From Ramazzottius varieornatus (lineage: Eukaryota > Animalia > Tardigrada), in assembly GCA_001949185.1 (NCBI GenBank), contig BDGG01000010.1:815773-879772 (forward strand): 64,000 nucleotides of DNA, given 5' to 3'. Under the pieces are notes generated by a model. That model was not told where the DNA came from, did no database searches, and saw nothing but the letters and a program-made list of their open reading frames with translations. Shown here one piece after another: positions 55,925 through 64,000 of the stretch. The position numbers were made by a program, and so were the translations under genes. Numbering within the stretch: position 1 is the first letter of the stretch; every line of letters starts with the position of its first letter.

Positions 55925-58900
55925 GCACGACGAGACGAAGAGGCTGATTCGTTGGATGTTGTCGGAGTAGGATCTGCCGAGAAAAGAAGATCCTTTTAGT
56001 AAGGTTAAGTTCTATCGAGTTCTCATGGCCAGCTGGAAAACTCCCCCGTTCATCAGCGATGTACACCATGACCAACGTTCCTCCACCCCGAAAAGTTCCC
56101 ATGGTGTACCGTACGAGCATCTATTTGCGGCCAACGAGTCGGACATATTGGAGAACGGTTCGCCAGCCTCACTTTCCGATCCTCAGCAGCCACCCAAGCC
56201 TAGCGTCAAGCGGAAACGTAAGCATAGCTTCTTTCGATGAAGCGTGAAATTCTCGTTAGTGTTCAATCTTATTCTTCCAGTTGACTTCGACGAGAACTCG
56301 TCGTTTCGTCGGAAGGCCAGACAACTAGAGAATCGGATGGCCGGACCATCAATGACAGTCGATGAAGGTTTTCCTCGAGGACCCTGTGATGTGCTACAGC
56401 CTCTCCTAACGGATATGGTCGTCCTGGACGATCCTGCTCCTGTCCCTGAAGATCAGGATGCTGCTCCGTGGACCAGCGCACACAAGAGAGCTTTCTACGA
56501 GGCCGTTCAGGAGGTTAAATCCTGAGCGACTGTTCCGTAAAGTTCAGTTAGAACAGCCTGGGACTGTAACGCTTCTTTTTGTGTAGTGCGGTTTGGATTT
56601 CCCGACTATTGTGGAGTGCATGAAGAGACGTCTGCAAAAGAGTCTAGGAAAGTATGCGCGCGGGAAAAGCTTACAAGCGGTTCAGAAATATTTCTTGGGT
56701 GTCATTAAAGAAGTCACCGATATTCGTAAGTGCGGCACTGTTTACATCATTTTGGTTCCACCAGTGTGTTCTTCGGATGACTATAGCTGGACGCTTTACA
56801 GTGGAGACAAAGGACTCGAGCGAGGCCTTTCTTACTTACGCTGTGGTTAATTTTGGTGCATGGATCGACATGGTTCCAGGTAACGAGATTACGAGAAACT
56901 GGGGATGCTCTCGCGACACCTACAGTCCGTATATACGATGACTGCCTACTATATATTATTTTCTTTTGCAGGACCAAGAAATAAGGATCGTGATATCTAT
57001 TTTGGAGCGTTGTTCCGATCAGGGTGAGGCTATAAGAGCATCGTTTCAATTACTGCATTCTATAATGTCGTTCTTTCTGGGTTTTTTTGTAGCTCTGCCA
57101 ATTTCACCGACACGCCGCCGAAGGAACGAAGCGCTGGGTTCATTTCCTTGGAGGCATCCAGGAAGTAAGCAATTAGTAATATCGACATACGATATCGTTT
57201 GCAGTTGGGGTTGTTATTTCCGTTACTAATGTGAGACCTGTTCGTCAGGTATTACATACGCACACCGTCCTGCCCCGCTCTGAACAGACTTCATCTGTCC
57301 GAAGGTAAGCGCCTAGCGATTTCCAACCCACAACATAACCTGCGTTTTGTAAAAAGGCGATTTTTACTGTTGCTTTATGCAGACTTTGCTCGGCTTCCGT
57401 CGGTCGTCCAAGTCAGGCTTCGCCCACGTTCGGCTGTCAGCTGGTTCAATGTTCAACGCAGTGGTCGATCGCCCCTTCTGTCCATTGCCCTGCCTCAGTC
57501 CTCCACCATGAAGTTCCTCGCGGACCTCCTCCAGCGTCACTGGTGGATCGAACGAACCGAAAGACGGTACCTCAACTCTGAAATTCCTGAATTCACGGTC
57601 CGCCCCGTGCTCCCACTTGACGGCCTTCACTGGCCCACAGCCATGCCCGATTTTGGCCTGTTCCTGAATATGAAACCCCAGCCCTGTTGGTCAACTTTTG
57701 ACAGGTACGTACGATAAGTTACAAGGTCCGCCGCTCATCTTCATGCATGTCTCATACACCTGCATACGTTCGGCTCTGTTGGTGTCTCGCGTATACGTGT
57801 ATGCAGGTGTGCGCGAGACGCGAGTTATGACCTCAGTTTGTTTGCCGACGCATCGAGTCGCGTTAGAACGACAATTAGTCGGCTGGTGCAGGTACCGTAT
57901 GGTAGCCATAACGATATGTTTCTTCGGCAGGTATGCCAAGATGTATCCGTATCACGAGGCGCTGCGGAGACCGCTGAAGAACCCAGTCAAAGAGGTTCTG
58001 TGTCCCGACACGTTCGACCGTGAAAACCTGTACTACTGTGACGACGCGATGCAAGAAGAACCAGAGCAGAGTGATGAGGATGACTTGGATTCTACGGTTG
58101 TGGAGAAGACGAACAATAACGGCTACAATCCGAGAGTATTGTACAAAGAGTACTTCGATGAAAGGGGGAATGTGGTGTGGAGCTCGGCCAAGCACGGTTA
58201 CGTCTCTATTGCCGAAATCTACCTTATCGTAAGTTTTCTATACACGGCCTGCTTTAAAGGCGGGCAGGGACAAAAATGTGGTAGCGGAGCGAAAGCGGCG
58301 TTGCTCCGATTGATTTAACTAATTGGTCGACTTCAGTTGGCCCGTGCCGCGTTCGCTCCGCTGCCCATATTTTTATCCATGCCCACATTTAGAGCAAGCG
58401 CGTGTACTTGTTTCGTGAAATTTTATTCAAGATCGTTGAGTAAAGATAGACTTATAGTTTAGAAAAACAATATTGTTAACCTATCACGCAAGCCAGTTTC
58501 TCTGCTTTTTGTAGTTCCCTTAACTCGGGTAGGCTCATCGTGGCAGGTTTCCGGTAACTTTCTACCAATATTTTACGGGTATTTTCAAATTGAAGTTAAA
58601 CTCCGCAACAATTTGTTTTCCTATTTTAGGCTGGTCGTGACAGCATACTGCTCCTTGATTACGACTGGATCATCCCCGAAGAAGAAACCTACACAGTCCC
58701 GACTAACCTCTTTGACCGCGAAGACTTCAGTGAGAAGTTTCACCGACTACTTCAGATCAAGCCTCCGCCCGCCTCGGAAGTCAGCCGAACACAGGCTCGA
58801 GAGCACGTCGACACTTTCAAAAACTCTCCACGTAAGGTCGCGGTTCAACAAGTCGCTCAGTATACTCCTCAGAAGCAACTCCGCCGTTCCCCTCAAAAGT

Positions 58901-59563
58901 CCGTCTCGTTTGGTGGAGAAGTTCATCAGCCTCACTTCGACATGATCAGTCCGTCGCCGACATTTGCACAACCTTCCGAAGTTCCTGCGATCAGTAGCGA
59001 AGTAACTCTAGAGACTACCGTTACTCACCAAGAAGTGGCGATGAGCCATGAGAGCACCGAGGTGTTATACCAGTACATCAAGACGCACTTATCGACCAGC
59101 GCTTTGACACCATCGGCCAGTTCGCCAGTACCGACAATGGCGTTGGACGGACAAAACAACAACCAAAATTCTCCACAGTGCATGTTTGGTCAGGTATGAT
59201 CTTTTTCTCTATCGACTTAATCATATAAATTGTCTCTGCCTCGATTAAGTAGACTGTGATATATTTGTAGAACGAGCTTGGAGAATTGGTGTATCTCGTC
59301 CCAGTGATGGCAGTCGATCCAGCCGCTGCTGCGGCTCAGGTAAGCAAACCAAACACACAGTTTGAAAGTTAACTTTTCTGCTTTCTTTGTAACGATCTTC
59401 GTTCTAGTCATTCTTGAACGAGTTCATTGTTGTGAACCAAGGACAAGCGGCATCGCAAGCGCAAAATACAACCTACCCAACCAGTACTTCCGCAGTTCAA
59501 CCACCGCGAAACGCTCGTAAGAAGGCTGACGTTCCAAAGCCAGCAAAGGCAAGTCCGCCGTAA
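55925..59563 (+). CDS. CRAMP1: Cramped/CRAMP1-like SANT-domain chromatin protein (5' end probably extends to ~55200, unresolved)
   Basis: SANT WTSAHKRAFYEAVQE|CGLDF...AVQKYF; YAVVNFG; LPSVVQVRLRPRSAVSWFNVQRSGRSPLL...LLQRHW and SIAEIYL match cramped-family blocks. Last exon 59408-59563 ends in TAA. Confidence 0.78.
58243..58404. mobile_element. MITE family C (TA target duplication, CACG termini, ~60 bp imperfect TIRs), cramped intron
   Basis: TA|CACGGCCTGCTTTAAAGGCGGGCAGGGACAAAAATGTGGTAGCGGAGCGAA ... TTCGCTCCGCTGCCCATATTTTTATCCATGCCCACATTTAGAGCAAGCGCGTG|TA. Confidence 0.8.
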
Positions 59564-59585
59564 CCCTCCATACTGCGTAGCTTTA

Positions 59586-60427
59586 CGAGGGAATTTTGCC
59601 AACGCTCCAGTCTTATTTCACAAGCTGAAACGATAGAAAGGTAGAAGTGAGTTTTCTCTATCGTCTGGGATAGACTAGGCTGGCAAAAAAAATTCTGGAA
59701 GACACAGCAGGAAGCGGAATTGACGTCAGAATCTGGGCGGAACGTGGGCATCAGCGCAGTTCACTGTGGCATCAGTCAAGTGCTTTGATTGTCTGCTGGG
59801 TGATTCGCTATTTGATTGATCTGTAACATTATAATATGGGAAAAAGAGTAGCTGATCACTACAGTTTTGACTGTTTTGTCAACCTTCGTCCTCTGTTCTC
59901 GTCTGCTCTCCTCCAGTTATCGCAGACATGGATTCTGGTGTGAACCTTAACAATAAGCCTACCGCACCTTTGAAAAGTGCATTCAGCAGCTTGTCATGGT
60001 CACTTGGAAAGTCGTTTGGTTGAAAATCCTGCTCATAGTCCATCCACAAAAGCTTTAGGATGTTGAAGGGGTTGACAGAATTCATGTCTGCGATAACTGG
60101 AGGAGAGCAGACGAGAACAGAGGACGAAGTTTGACAAAACAGTCAAAGCTGTAGTGATCAGCTACTCTTTTTCCCATATTATAATGTTACAGATCAATCA
60201 AATAGCGAATCAACCAGCAGACAATCAAAGCACTTGAGTGATGCCGATGTCAACTTTGCTGGTGCCCATGTTCCGCCCAGATTCTGACGTCACTTCCGCT
60301 TCCTGCTGTGTCTTCCAGGATTTTTTTCTGCCAGCCTGGTCTAGCCCAGGCGATAGAGAAAACTCTCCTCTACCTCTCTGCCGTTTTAGTTTTTGAAACA
60401 AGACTGGAGCGTTGGCAAATCCCCTCA
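59586..60427. mobile_element. Fold-back element with ~350 bp inverted arms and ~140 bp spacer
   Basis: 59586-59938 is the reverse complement of ~60076-60427. TTA flanks both sides (59583-85, 60428-30), a candidate PIF/Harbinger-type target duplication. Confidence 0.85.
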
Positions 60428-61012
60428 TTAGTCCTCGATTGAAAAGGCGAATCCTAAGCGAGTAACTGAGCATTTATATTTTCAGCAGCCCGCAAGTCGT
60501 TCAGGACGACCACGTAACGCTGACACCTCGAATTGTCGCATCACCCCTAGCGGTACATCGGTACTGAAGACGATCCTTCCCAAGTCGCAACGATAAGGAA
60601 TATTTCCAGTAATATTAGATTCACGTTCTTTTTTATTTCCGTTTGCAGCTATGTGCTCCAAGTCTTTTTATGTATATTATCAGTGTAAACGAAGAAAACG
60701 GTACATTCTGTTTTTGCATGTCACCTTCTTGTGTAATATTCTTCTTTTTGTTTTTATCCTGGTTTTCTAGAGGTGACAGATGTGTTTCGGTGGCGTTTCT
60801 AATTTTCTGTACTAATTTCCCACCTCAGCAGCTCATATTTTATTGCGCGGACTTCACTATCCACCTAAATCAGAAATAGCATCGAAAAACAACCAAATTA
60901 GCCCACTTTAGTACATCAACAGCCAATTTTCTACAGTAAAACAACAACGAGATACTCCATAAAACAATATCCTGCCAAAGAAGTAGAAAAGAGATTCAAG
61001 AAAACGAACAGC

Positions 61013-62647
61013 TCATTTTTTCTTTGTGTATTCCGTGTACTTTTTACACGAACCGAACACCTTGTCGACAGGGTACCGTGTAGCATTAATCTGCATCTTC
61101 TTCTCGATAGCTTTGGGAAGGTTCACCTTACAGACATCCGCTAAGCGGATCAGGTAAATGGCAACGTCGGCCAGCTCTTGTTCCAGAGCACTCTTGTCTT
61201 TCCTGTCCCAGTCCGCAAGACCAGCTTCAACCTCACCTTTCCACTGGAAAAGCTCGGCGACTTCACCGACCTCACCTACCATCGCCATCACCAAATTCCT
61301 CGGCTACAACATCACGAATATTTTTAAACTATTTCGATCAAAATTCGCAGAGCAGCTCCGATACTGGACCGATAGAACAGAGCACGGAGTTTCTGGTAGC
61401 TCGCCAAACTAACTTCGCTCGACAAAGTGTTTTCCCAAGTAGCGTAAGTTTCCAGTGTTATTGGCGGAAGGCTTGCGCTATTCGGAGGAAAACGATCCTG
61501 CCAAGTATATCCGAACTTACTGTATGAAATTTCTGCCAGTCGCGGGCTTCGACGAACTTCTGCTGCATCAGCCTTCTGTAAGGAAACATACCGAGTAACC
61601 GAAGTTAGAGCGAAAAAAGGAAATCGATGTTGGCTGGACTCACATTCGTTCCAAGGTTGGGGCAGCAGCGAAGCAGAATGCCGGTTTCTCTTTCTTGCCT
61701 CCATCGTCCTTCGGTTTCCCTGGAGTCGCCGGTCTCTGCTTCTTGCACGTGAACGGCTGCGGGATCTTCCCGTCACTCCAGTAGTACATCACGACAGCGA
61801 AGTTTGCCGCTACTTCTCGACTAGCGACGTTTGGTACGAAGTACGCCACGATCCTCTTAAAGCCGGCCGCCGTGTCACTTCGGTAGTAGATGCGAATGAA
61901 AGGTCTGCTCTCTGTCAGGTCCATATTCCATACTTGACCATTGCCCGTCCTCGACTGCTTCCACCCACCGTTCCCGTCATCCCGTAGGAAGTCTACTGCA
62001 TCAGCTTTCTGAGCGTCACTCAACCTCACCACAGCCGAAGCTGTACCTTGGAACTGGTTCGGCATGGTGTCGTTCGCGTACTGGTCTAAGACTTCCTCAT
62101 CGGACAGCTTCTTCAGAATGGATTCCATCGAATCTTCCGTCCGGAAGTATTTGTAATCGTTGCTGCAAAACGAACAAACGTTAAAATCGATCCTTGAGAA
62201 TGACTGGACGAGTTTACCTGTCGTAGTAGATGTTGCCGAGAACGGGGTCTTCCGTCATAAGGACTTTGGCGATGCCGTTGTTTCCGTCATGGTAGAGGAT
62301 CGTTGGCAAAGAGAACTTTTTGGTCGAGCCATCAATCAACTCTTCTTGCGTATGTTCGCCAATCTCGTCCATGTCATCTACCTTCCGTTTGTGTCCACCG
62401 TGCATGGAAAGACCATTGTCGTCTTCCCCTTCCGTCATGAGTCCCTGATCCTCTTCGGCACTGTGAAATTCAAGTTTTGAGCGGCTGACAACGGACCAAG
62501 TAGGAGGAAGGCTAAAGAAGCAAGATTGTGTAGGAGTAAGAAATCTTACGGGGTTTCCGTTTCAGCAGATATCTCGCTTTCGGCGATGTGCTCGTCCTGC
62601 ATCGAGTCCGCTTCGTTCATACGATCCAGCTCCACAGAATCCATCAT
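61013..62647 (-). CDS. DCTPP1: dCTP pyrophosphatase 1 (MazG-like) with a long N-terminal extension
   Basis: FCFAAAPTLERM|RRLMQQKFVEARDWQKFHT|PRNLVMAMVGEVGEVAELFQW...LEQELADVAIYLIRLADVC...RYPV. Phase-compatible exons ~62647-62550, 62460-62218, 62162-61643, 61576-61521, 61303-61013. Confidence 0.88.
61392..61520. mobile_element. Palindromic MITE family A copy (DCTPP1 intron, opposite orientation)
   Basis: CTGGTAGCTCGCCAAAC...TTTTCCCAAGTAGCG...TGTTATTGGC (reverse complement of GCCAATAACA)...GAAAACGATC. Confidence 0.6.
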
Positions 62648-63103
62648 CTTCAGTTCGCTTGCGGATGAGGAGCAATTCTGCAGGGGAATTTTGCTGGACT
62701 AAGGACAGTTTTTGATAGATTCCTACTGCAGCATCAAAAACTAGAGTCCTACTTGCACATGCCATGAAATGGAACGGTAGCGAACGATTTGATGGGAACG
62801 TTCAACGTCCTACCCCTCTGTCGCGTGTTGCGGAATAACATCGGAATGAACCACGTGGTCCGTATCATGGTTCGATCGGTTCAAACTATTTACAATATTG
62901 TCAATCAACGAGCATTGGAAATCAACTTGTCCAGATATTTGTGGTTCGTTGATTTTCTGGAAGAAGTCCTGTGACTCCTGTTGCCATTAGCTGTTGCCTC
63001 GTGTTGTTCTTTTTGAAAATTCATGTAGTCTTTCAGATGTTAAGTACGAAAAGAGGTACTCGTACTCCTAAGCCATTTCTGGATTCACCGAAGCGCGGTC
63101 AGG

Positions 63104-64000
63104 ATGTCGTTTAGCTTCGGAGCGACGGCGTTTGGCAGTCAACCCGCAACACAAACAGCTCTGCCTGCTTTCGGCTCATCTTTTGGAGGCTTCGGACAAC
63201 CAGCCGGAACAAGCCTTTTTGGTGGCCTGTCAAATACATCAATTGGGACTAAACCGTCAACGGGAAGTACAGGCTTCGGCGGTTTCTCTATGACTGCAGC
63301 CACCACTGCGCCGAGCTTCAACTTTCCCTCCACTACCACAACAAACGCTGCTCCGTCCAGCCAGCCCTCTGTCTTTGGAATAAGTACGACAACTCCGTCA
63401 AGCACCTATCACTTTCCCACGAAACCGTCGGAGCAACCGGGAACATCGTCTTCGGGCAGCAATGCTCAACAAACCGTTACTCCCGCGAAAGCGTACGTAT
63501 CTCATCAGCAGGCTCATGACGTCATGCTTCATACGTCATGCTTCATACGTCATGCTTCATACGTCATGCTTCATACGTCATGAGCCAGCTGATGAGAAAG
63601 CACTGTTCAACGCGCAGCTTAATCGGAATGTTTATGTCATGCGTGACCCAATCGGATAAACGGATTTGTTCCCGTATTTTCCGTTCTGCTGACAGTTTAT
63701 GTGCTTTTCTTTACAGTGGATCGACCGGATCGCGACCGAAAGACCAGATTATCCCGGAGCAGTTGGGTTCGGACATTTTTGATTTGGAGAAGCAGATTAA
63801 GAAATATCAGAAGATCCAAGAGGACGCATCCGAGTACTCTTTAGCTGACGCTGTGGCATGGAGTTCACAGATGGACGGCTTTGACGTGTCGGCGACGAAA
63901 GTCCGAAATCAGTTATCAGAAACATTCAATGTGATAGATCTCTTACGTCGGAATACGGCCAGACTTCGGTCGCATAACCTCTTGTTCAACCGGCTGGCCA
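63104..64000 (+). CDS. NUP58: FG nucleoporin p58/p45 (5' part; runs off the window)
   Basis: FG-rich exon 63104-~63492. The exon from ~63717 encodes IPEQLGSDIFDLEKQIKKYQKIQEDAS...IDLLRRNTA, resembling the start of the Nup58 helical region. Confidence 0.75.
63500..63597. repeat. 14 bp tandem repeat (ACGTCATGCTTCAT x ~4.5) enclosed by a 23 bp inverted repeat, Nup58 intron
   Basis: TCTCATCAGCAGGCTCATGACGT ... ACGTCATGAGCCAGCTGATGAGA (one mismatch) brackets the array at 63519-63582. Confidence 0.9.

Noticed and set aside
63462-63659. ORFs with repeated HASYVMLHTSCFIR peptides
   Set aside because: These are translations of the intronic 14 bp tandem repeat. It is not a CRISPR array either, since there are no spacers.

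Overview
Eukaryotic genomic DNA, gene-dense with mostly 50-120 nt introns, from an invertebrate (probably an ecdysozoan; tardigrade-like compactness is only my inference). Genes in order: 3' end of VPS13B (+), tRNA-Arg(TCG) (-), a BTB-BACK gene (-), a TWIK/K2P potassium channel (+), an SLCO/OATP transporter (-), an AKH/GnRH-family neuropeptide precursor (-), coronin (+), Six1/2 (-), a SUN-domain gene (+), an UNC-93-like MFS protein (+), two tandem pogo/CENP-B-type HTH genes (-), CCT8 (-), a cramped/CRAMP1 homolog (+), a dCTP pyrophosphatase with a long N-terminal extension (-) and the 5' part of Nup58 (+). Repeats include at least three MITE families (mostly intronic), an ~840 bp fold-back element just past a stop codon, and Helitron-like relics. 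The most notable observations are: (1) DCTPP1 fused in frame to a putative CG-1/WRKY-GCM1-like DNA-binding domain; (2) an AKH-like peptide that lacks the usual immediate G-KR and is C-terminally extended, with a second KR-flanked peptide; (3) a SUN protein that seems to start with a signal peptide and has no nucleoplasmic domain; (4) a K2P channel with a nested duplicated extracellular cap; (5) a transposase-derived HTH gene pair with a 184 bp gene-conversion-like tract. Exon boundaries were read by eye and are approximate; family assignments rest on remembered motifs, not database searches.
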